DNA from: a bacterium
Lineage (GTDB): Bacteria > Electryoneota > B3-LCP
DNA: 64,000 nt
Direction: 5' to 3'
NCBI GenBank assembly: GCA_026394195.1
Contig: JAPKYS010000023.1
Location: forward strand, 540,209-604,208
Part shown: one piece after another, positions 9,813-18,608 of the stretch
Layout: the number at the start of each line of letters is the position of its first letter
How positions within the stretch are numbered: the first letter of the stretch is position 1
The notes under the pieces: model-generated
What the model saw: only the letters and a program-made list of their open reading frames with translations
Told to the model about the DNA's origin: nothing
Database searches by the model: none
Translations under genes and position numbers: made by a program

Positions 9813-10711
9813 CTAATCTCCTCATCGAGAATAACTTCGTTGGTTTCGTTTTCGATGCACCAGGCGACCTTGGCAAGATTGGTGAGTTTCTGAGTTGCGC
9901 AGAGGGCAGATGAGGTCAGCGGGTAGATGTTCAGGTCGGGATAAAGGGATTGAAGTTGTTCGATCAAGCCAACTTCAGTACCGATAATAAGACCTCTGCG
10001 GCGAATTTCATCCTGGTGGTCCCGCACGTACTTAACCATCCCGGTGGTAGACGTAACATAATCCGCCAGCGACAGCACGCCCAGATTACATTCCGGATGG
10101 GCGATGAAAATGGCGTCGGGACTCTCTATTCGCGCCGTCTCTACGTCCTTGACATGGAATTCATTGTGGACGTAACAATGACCAGCCCAGGGTATAATAT
10201 TCGCTCCCGTCATGTGCCGGCAGTATTCAGCGAGGTTCTTGTCCGGGGTGAACAGGATGGTCCGATTCCCCAATGATTTGATGATTTTCACGGCATTGGT
10301 GGAGGTGACACAAATATCGGAAAGCGCTTTAACGTCGGCGGTGGAGTTGATGTAGGTAACTACAATGGCGTCGGGGTATTTTTCTCGGGCTGCTGTGAGA
10401 GATGGCGCATCGATCATCTTTGCCATGGGGCAATCGGCGCGGCTATCCGGGATGAGTACTTTCTTATCAGGGTTCAGGATTTTCGCGGTTTCCGCCATAA
10501 AGGTGACACCGCAGAAGACAATCAGGTCAGCTTCAGTGCGTGCGGCTTCCTGCGCCAGTCTCAATGAATCACCCAGAAAATCAGCAATTTCCTGCACTTC
10601 GCGGCGTTGATAATTATGCACCAGTAGGACAGCATTCTTCTCTGTCTTTGCCTTGTATATTCTTGACCTCAGCTCATCAGGAGACAGCAGTGTATAATCG
10701 CGGAGATTCAT
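9767..10711 (-). CDS. nadA: Quinolinate synthase
   Basis: Full-length NadA-like protein (VLLVHNYQ..EVQEIADFLGDSL, CPMAKMI, AHPEC). Confidence 0.92.
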   Translation of the reverse strand: MNLRDYTLLSPDELRSRIYKAKTEKNAVLLVHNYQRREVQEIADFLGDSLRLAQEAARTEADLIVFCGVTFMAETAKILNPDKKVLIPDSRADCPMAKMIDAPSLTAAREKYPDAIVVTYINSTADVKALSDICVTSTNAVKIIKSLGNRTILFTPDKNLAEYCRHMTGANIIPWAGHCYVHNEFHVKDVETARIESPDAIFIAHPECNLGVLSLADYVTSTTGMVKYVRDHQDEIRRRGLIIGTEVGLIEQLQSLYPDLNIYPLTSSALCATQKLTNLAKVAWCIENETNEVILDEEIRCRAYTAVKRMLDFS

Positions 10712-10745
10712 GTTTTATTAGTAAAGATGAAATGCTGGACTTACG

Positions 10746-10757
10746 GAGTTATCCACA
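10746..10757 (+). promoter_or_regulatory. GAGTTATCCACA 12-mer (perfect DnaA-box core TTATCCACA), copy 1, next to a TTGACA on the nadA strand
   Basis: Read directly. On the minus strand, TTGACA (10766-10761) is immediately followed by the box, about 35-55 nt upstream of the nadA ATG. Confidence 0.4.
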
Positions 10758-10833
10758 CTTTGTCAACAAGCGAGGGATCCTGTAGCTTCAGTTCTTAAGT
10801 CTTTTATTTTCTGCACATCAAGAGAAATACGCC

Positions 10834-10861
10834 GAAAAGAATCACTCATGTGAATTCTTTT
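10834..10861 (-). terminator. Possible terminator hairpin downstream of the Fic gene
   Basis: Imperfect stem agaatcac/gtgaattct, followed on the minus strand by TTTTC. Confidence 0.35.
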
Positions 10862-10866
10862 ACCTT

Positions 10867-10878
10867 GAGTTATCCACA
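10867..10878 (+). promoter_or_regulatory. GAGTTATCCACA 12-mer (perfect DnaA-box core), copy 2
   Basis: Identical 12-mer in the same orientation, 121 bp from copy 1. Confidence 0.4.
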
Positions 10879-10896
10879 ATCGAATTCCCTCAATTT

Positions 10897-12357
10897 TCAC
10901 GCTTTTTGCTTGGGATCAATGACTGCTTTTTGCGTCTCGAGATATTCAACTTCAATCAGATGAAAGAAGTAGTCGAGGCTGTTGTATATGAAACTCTGCA
11001 GCGTTTTTAAATCCCACTCCTGATAGGAAGCGCCCCCCACAAGTTCTCTGATGCTCTCAGCATCCAGACGCATGATAATCTCACCGCGATTTTCCTGCTT
11101 GATGTATACCCTACCGAATTCAAATGGCAGAATGGCGGAAAACACTCCAACCATGTGATTATTGCTGATAATGGCAAAGCTCAGCAACTTCATGAAGGGT
11201 TTAAGCGATAAACCTGCCTGATTCACTGCCTCCAGATCGGGGACCAGGTGATACTCATAGAGTCCCTCATTGGGAGAAAAGCTGAACTGGTGACGATTTG
11301 CAACTTCCGAAATGAGCGGACTGTAGGTGTAGTCATTTTGCTGAAACTTTGCCGGACCGCTGAGCAGAAATTTGACGATCCGACTCTGTACTTTTTGCTT
11401 GAGGGTTTCACTGATCTCCCGACTCAACGCCAGCTTGGTCGTCTCCCTTTCTTCAGCTAACCGCCGGTCATCTTCCGTCGCCGCGCTCCCCGAGATGATA
11501 CGATCAAACATTTGCAATCGTTCGCTCAGATCAAGTGCTGGCGCCTGGTAGCGCTGCTCCAGGACGTCAAGCATCAGGTTCATGGTCTGGCAGGAAGCCT
11601 CTTCCAAGATCGAAACAAGATCGTGCAAGTTCACACTTGTGATTTCCGCCAGCCGATTTTTAGTCGGCATGTTTTGATCTTGCTGGCGGATGGCGGCAAA
11701 ATAACGGACTCGATCTTCAATGATGGCGGGTTCATAACCACCCTTCACCAGGATAAAATCATCCAATAACCGTGCGAGACGGCCATTCGCATCGCTGAAA
11801 GGGTGGATCAGGATGAACCAATAGTGCACTCTGGCTGCGATTTCGACGGGATGTATTTTCCCCCACTGGCTATGATACCAATCTAACAGCGATTTCATCT
11901 CCTCAGGGATGCATTCATGGGAGACGAAGTTTACACGGGCTCCATCCTTCGCCATGATAAAGCCATCCTGCGTTCTGAATTCACCCGGATGGTATCGGTC
12001 AGCCTGTTCGATAGGGCTGGTGAGCAGGGCATGAACCTCCTTGATTGACTTCTCGTCCAGATCCCCGCCTGATTTCAACAACTGGCGCAAGCGGGTGATT
12101 GCCTCCATAACTCCTCTGATCTGGTGAAACTCCCTTTCCAGTTTGCCGCCTGTCATCCTATTGGTCTGGATATAGAATTTCGTCTCTTCCAAAGTCAGCG
12201 TGCTATCTTCAAAGATATTGGTGAAATAGACGCGGCGGGGCACCAGCACCTCATCAACCTTTGCCTGATCCGTTTCACTCAAGGGTCGATGTGCTTCCAA
12301 TTTCACTTTTAATTGTTCGAGTTGATCATACATCGGTTCTTCTCGTTTTTTAAACAT
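10897..12357 (-). CDS. Fic family protein (putative AMPylase) with an uncharacterised C-terminal half of about 250 aa
   Basis: Fic motif HPFSDANGRLAR at 11770-11805. An N-terminal TNIFED (12205-12222) aligns with the autoinhibitory (S/T)xxxE(G/N) helix of class II Fic proteins. Confidence 0.85.
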   Translation of the reverse strand: MFKKREEPMYDQLEQLKVKLEAHRPLSETDQAKVDEVLVPRRVYFTNIFEDSTLTLEETKFYIQTNRMTGGKLEREFHQIRGVMEAITRLRQLLKSGGDLDEKSIKEVHALLTSPIEQADRYHPGEFRTQDGFIMAKDGARVNFVSHECIPEEMKSLLDWYHSQWGKIHPVEIAARVHYWFILIHPFSDANGRLARLLDDFILVKGGYEPAIIEDRVRYFAAIRQQDQNMPTKNRLAEITSVNLHDLVSILEEASCQTMNLMLDVLEQRYQAPALDLSERLQMFDRIISGSAATEDDRRLAEERETTKLALSREISETLKQKVQSRIVKFLLSGPAKFQQNDYTYSPLISEVANRHQFSFSPNEGLYEYHLVPDLEAVNQAGLSLKPFMKLLSFAIISNNHMVGVFSAILPFEFGRVYIKQENRGEIIMRLDAESIRELVGGASYQEWDLKTLQSFIYNSLDYFFHLIEVEYLETQKAVIDPKQKA

Positions 12358-12384
12358 TTCGTCGGAAAAGACTGAGGAGGCGGA

Positions 12385-12939
12385 TCAACTCGTCCGCCAT
12401 TTGATCGAGCAGCCCAGCGAGGGGATTTGTTCGGATGCAGGCTGTTTCCCATTTAAGAGAGCCGCTACCGCCTCTCTTAGATCCTGCTTTTTCACCTTGA
12501 GTGGTTCCTTCCAGTTATCATCCAGGCGTCCGTGATAGGCTAATTTGCGATCCGGTCCCCAGACGTAAAATTCGGGCGTGCATACCGCTCCGAAAGCCCT
12601 GGCAACGTCCTGACCTAAATCATGCAGGTAGGGGAATCGATAGTCTTTCTCAAGCCAGCGTTTCTTCAGATTCTCAAAGGAATCAGCGGGAACGTAATCG
12701 GGGTCATTGGAACAGACCGCTACCAATTGAACACTTTGCTGCGAAAAGTCACGCTGCAATTTGATGATACGATCCTCGACCGCCTGCGCATAGGGGCAGT
12801 GATTGCAGGTGAAAATGACGATCAGGACTTGTTTATCCTGAAAATCAGCCAGCCGGTAATTTTCCCCATCAACAGCAGGAAGATTAAAATCAGGGCATGT
12901 GGTTCCCAGAGCTACTTGGGTGCTGTCAGTCAACGCCAT
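12385..12939 (-). CDS. Thioredoxin-fold redoxin (AhpC/TSA-like thiol-disulfide oxidoreductase)
   Basis: FTCNHCPY active-site region with a redoxin-like layout. The ATG at 12939 is preferred over the TTG at 12987. Confidence 0.8.
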   Translation of the reverse strand: MALTDSTQVALGTTCPDFNLPAVDGENYRLADFQDKQVLIVIFTCNHCPYAQAVEDRIIKLQRDFSQQSVQLVAVCSNDPDYVPADSFENLKKRWLEKDYRFPYLHDLGQDVARAFGAVCTPEFYVWGPDRKLAYHGRLDDNWKEPLKVKKQDLREAVAALLNGKQPASEQIPSLGCSIKWRTS

Positions 12940-12997
12940 ATCCAATTCTCCATTTTTTATTAAGCAGGTCGGTATGATTCGCTGCAAGAGATATACG

Positions 12998-14440
12998 TCA
13001 AATGATCTCTCGCCGTAACCTCTTCACCGGGATGCCCAATTGTTCGCGATACTTTTGCACCGTGCGTCGGGCGATGGTATATCCGGCTTCCGCCAGAAGA
13101 TCCCCCAGTTTCTCGTCAGAGTAAGGATTGGATTTGCCTTCGTTATCGACGATCTCGCGCAGTCTTGCTTTGATGATCTTGGTGCTGACCTCTTCCCCAT
13201 CGTTGTTTTCCATCCGCTGGCTGAAGAAGTACTTCAATTCGAAGACGCCAAAGTCGGTCTGCACATATTTTCCGTTGGTCACACGGGAAATCGTGGCAAT
13301 GTCCATTCCGATTTCATCGGCGATATCCTGTAATATCATGGGGCGAAGGTGTTCCTTGCCGAAGCGGAAGCAATCCTCCTGTTTCTTGACAATCGCTCGC
13401 GTGGTCTTCAGCATGGTGGAGCGGCGTTGATGAATCGCGTTTACAAACCAGCGCGCCGATTCCAACTTTTTGTGCACAAAATCCTTGGTCTTTTTATCGA
13501 TCTTCTTCTTGGATAGGATCATATCCCGATATTCGGAGTTTATGTGAAAATTGGGGATATTCCCATCATTTAAAAATACCTCGAATTTATCGCCGATTTG
13601 AGTGACCACAAGATCAGGAATAACATAGTTTTGCTTCTCATCGAAGACGCCTTCTCCCGGTTTTGGGTTCAGTTTGATGACAGCTTCAAAAGCGAGTCGC
13701 ACTTGATCCATATTGATTTCAAGCTTTCTGGCGATCAATTCAAATTTCTTGCCGATAAATTCGTTGAAGCAATCCTGAAGCATCCTGAGAGCCGAAGGGT
13801 CTGGGTTCGGCAGCGCCTCCAGTTGTATCAAAAGGCATTCTCGCAGATTTCTGGCAGCAATACCCGGCGGATCGTAAGTCTGGATCTGCTTCAAAACTTT
13901 TTCGACGCGTTCAACTTCGACTTTCAAATCGTCTGCAATTTCCTGAATGGTAATATCAAGATAACCATCGCGGTCCAGGCTGCCGATGATGTATAACCCG
14001 ATTTCCAGGTCAGCTCCGATGTGGCGGTCGGTGCGCAGTTGGGTGATGAGATATTCGCTCAGTGTTGACGTTGCGGCGCGAGGTATTTCCTGGATTTCTA
14101 CGGTATTGGGCAGGGACCGAGGTTTATACTCGTAGAAATCTTCGTCGTTTAGCATCTCTTCCCAATCGACTTCAGAAGCTTCGGTCTTCAGAGGAGTTTC
14201 GAGCTTATCCTCCTCGTCTAATTCGTCGGCATCTTTGGGAACCGGGAGTTCTTCGTCTGCCTGGATCGTTTCCGGTTCCAACTCATCAGATTCAGCCAGA
14301 AAAGGATTCTCCTCGAGTTCAGATCGCACACGAAGTTCCAACTCGAGTAGCGGAAGCTGGATCAATTCCGAGCGCAGTATCTGTAAGGGTTGGATGGTCA
14401 GCTCGAGGCGCTGACGCAGGTCTTGTCTTAAAGTTTGCAT
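12998..14440 (-). CDS. rpoN: RNA polymerase sigma-54 factor
   Basis: Acidic region II and a C-terminal RpoN box ARRTVQKYREQLGIP. Confidence 0.93.
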   Translation of the reverse strand: MQTLRQDLRQRLELTIQPLQILRSELIQLPLLELELRVRSELEENPFLAESDELEPETIQADEELPVPKDADELDEEDKLETPLKTEASEVDWEEMLNDEDFYEYKPRSLPNTVEIQEIPRAATSTLSEYLITQLRTDRHIGADLEIGLYIIGSLDRDGYLDITIQEIADDLKVEVERVEKVLKQIQTYDPPGIAARNLRECLLIQLEALPNPDPSALRMLQDCFNEFIGKKFELIARKLEINMDQVRLAFEAVIKLNPKPGEGVFDEKQNYVIPDLVVTQIGDKFEVFLNDGNIPNFHINSEYRDMILSKKKIDKKTKDFVHKKLESARWFVNAIHQRRSTMLKTTRAIVKKQEDCFRFGKEHLRPMILQDIADEIGMDIATISRVTNGKYVQTDFGVFELKYFFSQRMENNDGEEVSTKIIKARLREIVDNEGKSNPYSDEKLGDLLAEAGYTIARRTVQKYREQLGIPVKRLRREII

Positions 14441-14462
14441 CTTCTCAACTTGAATCGCGGTG

Positions 14463-15194
14463 TCATCGGTCTAACTTGAAAGATTCTCCAAGGTATAGTT
14501 TTCTTGCTTCGGGATCGGCTGCCAGGAAATCCGAGGTGCCGGATTTCAAGATCTTGCCTTCATAGAGCAGGTAAGCCCGGTCGGTTATCGAAAGAGTCTC
14601 ATGAACGTTGTGGTCGGTTACTAACACTCCAATTCCGCGATTTTTCAATCCGGAAACCAGCGATTGGATGTCACCGACGGCAATGGGGTCAACTCCGGCA
14701 AAGGGTTCATCCAGCAGGATGAACTTCGGATCGGTCACCAGCGCTCGGGTTATTTCAACTCGCCGCCGCTCCCCACCGGAAAGAGTGTAAGCCTTGCGGT
14801 TCGCCAGATGAGAAATCGTCAGCTCTTCCAATAATTTTTCCAGCTTAGCCTTGCGCTCCTTCCCCGAAAGCGGGAGCATTTGCAGGATCGCCATGATGTT
14901 GTCTTTGACGGTCATCTTGCGAAATATGGAGGCTTCCTGCGACAAATATCCAATACCCAGCCGCGCTCTTCGATACATGGGCATCTGCGTGATTTCCTGA
15001 TCATCGAGGAAGATGTGACCTTCGGTGGCGCGGATCATTCCGGTCATCATGTGAAACGTGGTCGTCTTCCCAGCTCCATTGGGACCCAGAAGCCCCACCA
15101 CTTCCCCCTGAACGACGTCCAGGGATACGTGATCGACGACGGAACGGCGTCCGTAGGTCTTGACCAATTCCTGGCTGCGCAAAGAATGCATCAC
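14463..15194 (-). CDS. lptB: LPS export ABC transporter ATP-binding protein
   Basis: Walker A GPNGAGKTT, signature LSGGERRR and Walker B ILLDEP. It sits between lptA and rpoN. Confidence 0.92.
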   Translation of the reverse strand: MMHSLRSQELVKTYGRRSVVDHVSLDVVQGEVVGLLGPNGAGKTTTFHMMTGMIRATEGHIFLDDQEITQMPMYRRARLGIGYLSQEASIFRKMTVKDNIMAILQMLPLSGKERKAKLEKLLEELTISHLANRKAYTLSGGERRRVEITRALVTDPKFILLDEPFAGVDPIAVGDIQSLVSGLKNRGIGVLVTDHNVHETLSITDRAYLLYEGKILKSGTSDFLAADPEARKLYLGESFKLDR

Positions 15195-16321
15195 GGGCTC
15201 CGCCTGCCGGGAGGCAGATCTGCGGTCTGGTCTGCATCAACGCGTTGTTCCAGGTGCCGGGGATAATACGTGCCTTCCGTGCCTCCCTCAACGTAAATCC
15301 AGTTAACCCGATTCGCCAACACCTGAATGTCGATCAGATCACCAGAAACGCGATTCGCTCCCTTTTTCTCCCCATTTTCGCGGATGTAGTATACGCTGGT
15401 GGCATTCCCCCGCACATAAACGCTGTCCAGAGCTCCTTCTACAAAAGTAAGCTCCATCGTGTGACCCGTCATATGGTTGACCGGTTTCGGCAACAGCGAA
15501 TCCGCCGGAGAGGTGGCGTCCGCCTGTCCGAACATCAGGACACGCTTTAATTTCTGATTCTCAAAATAGGCGTCAATAGAATCTGCAGATAAAAGGTCCC
15601 GATTGTGCTTGATGATCGGATTTCCCAGCAGCCGGGTTTTTCCGTCCTTATTCCAATACTCCATCTTTTGTGCCCAGGCTTCAAATTGATTTCGGGTGAC
15701 GTGAACGCTGTCCGTTACGATTGAGTACTCATCCTTGAAATAGTACTCGATAATCCGTCCGATGACCACCAACGAATCGTTTCCTTCAAAATGACGGACC
15801 AGGCGCGGATCCTGAGACATGACGCCGCGATCCGTCTCATGTTCGTAAGCGCCGTGGTTACCCGTGATCACAGCGTTTTCCTTAATGGAATGAATTTCGA
15901 CATTACCGAAAAACAGAGCCTCCTGTTTGGTGTTGTTATAGATGGCGCGGTCGCACAAAATAAACATGGAATCCTGCTCAATCCGCACTTGACCCTCAGC
16001 GATAGCGCGATCTTCGCGTTCGTAGTAGATAGCCCTCTGCGCCCAGGTCTTCCGGTGAGGTTCTACGAAGTGAACCTTGTCTTCAAAGTAGAGGACGCCA
16101 GTGGTTTCTTCCCACCGGGTGTGCTCGCAGGTGATGGACAGAGTATCATGAGTGATCCAGACCTTGCCGTCGAGATACCGCACCGGACCGGAAGGTCCAT
16201 TTTCCGTGCGCATCAGATCAGCCTGCCGCAGCACAATGGGTGATCTTGCCGGTTCGGAATATACAACCTTTGCGACAGAAAGAATGAAAAAAGCGGCTAC
16301 ATAATAGCTCGAGAACTTCAT
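15191..16321 (-). CDS. lptA: LptA/OstA-family periplasmic LPS transport protein
   Basis: Signal peptide, repeated OstA-like beta-jellyroll segments, and 4-nt overlaps with lptC and lptB. Confidence 0.7.
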   Translation of the reverse strand: MKFSSYYVAAFFILSVAKVVYSEPARSPIVLRQADLMRTENGPSGPVRYLDGKVWITHDTLSITCEHTRWEETTGVLYFEDKVHFVEPHRKTWAQRAIYYEREDRAIAEGQVRIEQDSMFILCDRAIYNNTKQEALFFGNVEIHSIKENAVITGNHGAYEHETDRGVMSQDPRLVRHFEGNDSLVVIGRIIEYYFKDEYSIVTDSVHVTRNQFEAWAQKMEYWNKDGKTRLLGNPIIKHNRDLLSADSIDAYFENQKLKRVLMFGQADATSPADSLLPKPVNHMTGHTMELTFVEGALDSVYVRGNATSVYYIRENGEKKGANRVSGDLIDIQVLANRVNWIYVEGGTEGTYYPRHLEQRVDADQTADLPPGRRSP

Positions 16322-16851
16322 TTCTGCACCTGCCTGAAGGTTTGTCCCGTAGGCCTTTTCAACTGCCAGGAACTCAGATCTTCTTTCGCATCAAATTCAT
16401 ACCCCCGCAGGGAATCGAAAGCAGAGGTCATGGTGACCAACGTATCGGAGCGGATCTGGCGGTTCTTGCGGTCCCAATAAAGCCGTTCGGTGCGGAGCAT
16501 TGCGCCGCTATCTGAAATTACGATGACATTCCCTGTGGCCAAAAATATATCGTGTTTCTCCTCGATTTTAGCTGCCAGCGACGTCAACACGGAAGCATGC
16601 TGCCCCTTCTTGTTAAAAAAGTCAACCACGACTCCGCTATCCAGCAGAGTCACGCGGGTATCTTCATACAATTCGATGTGTCCGGCTTTAATAATCGATT
16701 GAGTCAAACCGTTTTCGGTGACTTCAATCGTTCCGTTCCAGATTTCCTGATCGGGCGGCTGCTTGGCTTTGGAAGCCATTTTCCCAGGCTCTTCGACGGA
16801 AGAACAGCCCAGAAACAATATACACAATACAGGAAAGAGCCTCACCTTCAT
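16318..16851 (-). CDS. lptC: LPS export system protein LptC (lipoprotein-type signal)
   Basis: Size, the LFLGCSS lipobox and position upstream of lptA. Confidence 0.65.
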   Translation of the reverse strand: MKVRLFPVLCILFLGCSSVEEPGKMASKAKQPPDQEIWNGTIEVTENGLTQSIIKAGHIELYEDTRVTLLDSGVVVDFFNKKGQHASVLTSLAAKIEEKHDIFLATGNVIVISDSGAMLRTERLYWDRKNRQIRSDTLVTMTSAFDSLRGYEFDAKEDLSSWQLKRPTGQTFRQVQK

Positions 16852-17847
16852 CTATGTTATTCCCACTTGTAAGAGATCATGCAGGTGGACTATTCCGACC
16901 AATTCGCTCATTTCATTGAGCACAATCAACTGGGTGATATTATGACTCTCCATAAGATGAATGGCGCGGGTCGCTATGGTTTCAGGATGAATGGTTTTGG
17001 GATTCAGGGTCAGGCAATCCGCGGCAGTAATCTTGGAAAGATCCGCTTCGCGTTCCAGCAATCTGCGCAAATCACCATCGGTAATGATTCCGAGCAATCG
17101 TCCGTTATCATCTACGACGCAGGTTGCGCCTAAACGTTTTGAGGTCATTTCCACGATCAGCTCTTTTAAAGAAGCATGCAGAGGAACTTTGGGAATCTCG
17201 TCGCCCTTGCGCATCACCGAATCCACCTTCAGGAGCAAACGCCGACCCAACGTGCCTCCCGGATGCAACAGAGCAAAATCTTCCTTGGTAAACCCGCGTT
17301 TATGCAATAAGGCGATGGCGAGAACGTCCCCCATGACCAGGGCAGCGGTGGTGGAGGCAGTGGGAGCCAGATCCCAAGGACAGGCTTCCTCCGCGACGGA
17401 CACGTCGATGACGAGATCGCAGCGCTCAGCCAGTGGAGATTTCGGGTCGCCAAGCAGCCCAATGACTGGTATACCCAGCAGCCGGAAAGCTGGAAGCAGA
17501 GTCGATAATTCATCAGTGCGACCCGATTTTGATATCACGATCGCCAAGTCGTAGGGACTTACGACGCCTACATCGCCGTGAATGGCTTCTACGGGGTGCA
17601 GATAGAGCGAAGGTGTGCCAGTCGAAGAGAGAGTTGCTGCGATTTTCCTCGCCACCAAGCCGGATTTTCCCATTCCGGTCAGGATGACATGACCGTTGCG
17701 TTTGTTGCACGCTTCCATGAGATCTAATGCTTTGGTGACGTTCTCACCCAATCGTGAGGTGAGCGCATTGATCGCCTGAGCTTCTATTTGTATAACTCGT
17801 CGGCACTCATCAAGCAGCACGGAGGCTGAAGGTTGCGTTGAAAACAT
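16852..17847 (-). CDS. kdsD: Arabinose-5-phosphate isomerase (KpsF/GutQ family, SIS + CBS pair)
   Basis: SIS motif TGMGKSGLVARKIAATLSSTGTPS and C-terminal tandem CBS domains. Confidence 0.9.
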   Translation of the reverse strand: MFSTQPSASVLLDECRRVIQIEAQAINALTSRLGENVTKALDLMEACNKRNGHVILTGMGKSGLVARKIAATLSSTGTPSLYLHPVEAIHGDVGVVSPYDLAIVISKSGRTDELSTLLPAFRLLGIPVIGLLGDPKSPLAERCDLVIDVSVAEEACPWDLAPTASTTAALVMGDVLAIALLHKRGFTKEDFALLHPGGTLGRRLLLKVDSVMRKGDEIPKVPLHASLKELIVEMTSKRLGATCVVDDNGRLLGIITDGDLRRLLEREADLSKITAADCLTLNPKTIHPETIATRAIHLMESHNITQLIVLNEMSELVGIVHLHDLLQVGIT

Positions 17848-17856
17848 GATTTCTTC

Positions 17857-18408
17857 CTATGGATTCTCACTCCGAATTGAGAATTGCGCCAGAACGTCAT
17901 CCCAATAGCCCTGAGCTTTTAAAATCAATTCGATGATCTCCCTGACGGCTCCTCGCCCACCCTGGTTTTGAGCAACGTAGTGCACTTGTCGACGAACCTC
18001 CGGGTGAGCATCAGCCGGAGCCGCCGAAAATCCGACTTTAAGCAGCAGCGGCAGGTCGAAAAGATCGTCCCCAACATAGGCTATTTCCCGTTCGGATAGA
18101 TTCTGTTTGCGTTTGACGTCTTCCAGAACCTTCGCCTTGTCGAAACGTCCTTGATAAACGATCTTGACGTCGAGTTCTCGGGCACGTTCGGTCACGATTT
18201 TCGATTCCCGCCCGGTGATGATACCGGACTTCAAACCGTAGATGTGCAGGAGGTAGATTCCAAAACCATCTCTGACGTCAAACGCCTTGGTTTCCACCCA
18301 ATCGGCGCTATAGTACAGCTTGCCATCCGTGAGTGTCCCGTCTACGTCCATAAGCAGCAGACGGATGGGTTTAATTCGCTCTCGGAGTTCGGTCGTAAAG
18401 TCTTCCAT
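17857..18408 (-). CDS. kdsC: KDO 8-phosphate phosphatase (HAD superfamily)
   Basis: DVDGTLTDGKLYY motif, YVGDDLFDLP, and its position in the kds/lpt block. Confidence 0.88.
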   Translation of the reverse strand: MEDFTTELRERIKPIRLLLMDVDGTLTDGKLYYSADWVETKAFDVRDGFGIYLLHIYGLKSGIITGRESKIVTERARELDVKIVYQGRFDKAKVLEDVKRKQNLSEREIAYVGDDLFDLPLLLKVGFSAAPADAHPEVRRQVHYVAQNQGGRGAVREIIELILKAQGYWDDVLAQFSIRSENP

Positions 18409-18608
18409 AAATCAGGCACTTTATTTGCACTATAAAAATAGCTCATTTACCTGTCCTTGTCAAGGGAATTCCGCCGGGTTTTTCGCGGGAGAGTCCTCTT
18501 ACTCAATCATTCTTGTATGCTGATTTTGAACCTGATACTCATGCAGCTTAACCCAAAATTGTAGGATCTTTGCGCTCCTAAATAGGTATAACTGTAAAAT
18601 CCCACTTA

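Noticed and set aside
10712-10896. Chromosomal origin (oriC) or NAD+ riboswitch upstream of nadA
   Set aside because: There are only two DnaA boxes, no obvious AT-rich unwinding repeats, no dnaA/dnaN nearby, and the site is inside a long co-oriented gene block. I could not find the conserved nadA-motif riboswitch features.
14062-14565. 167-aa plus-strand ORF
   Set aside because: It is antisense to rpoN/lptB, which are unambiguous.
18409-18608. Divergent intergenic region as a possible replication origin or large regulatory RNA
   Set aside because: I could identify no DnaA boxes, repeats or conserved structures. It is most simply explained as two divergent promoters.
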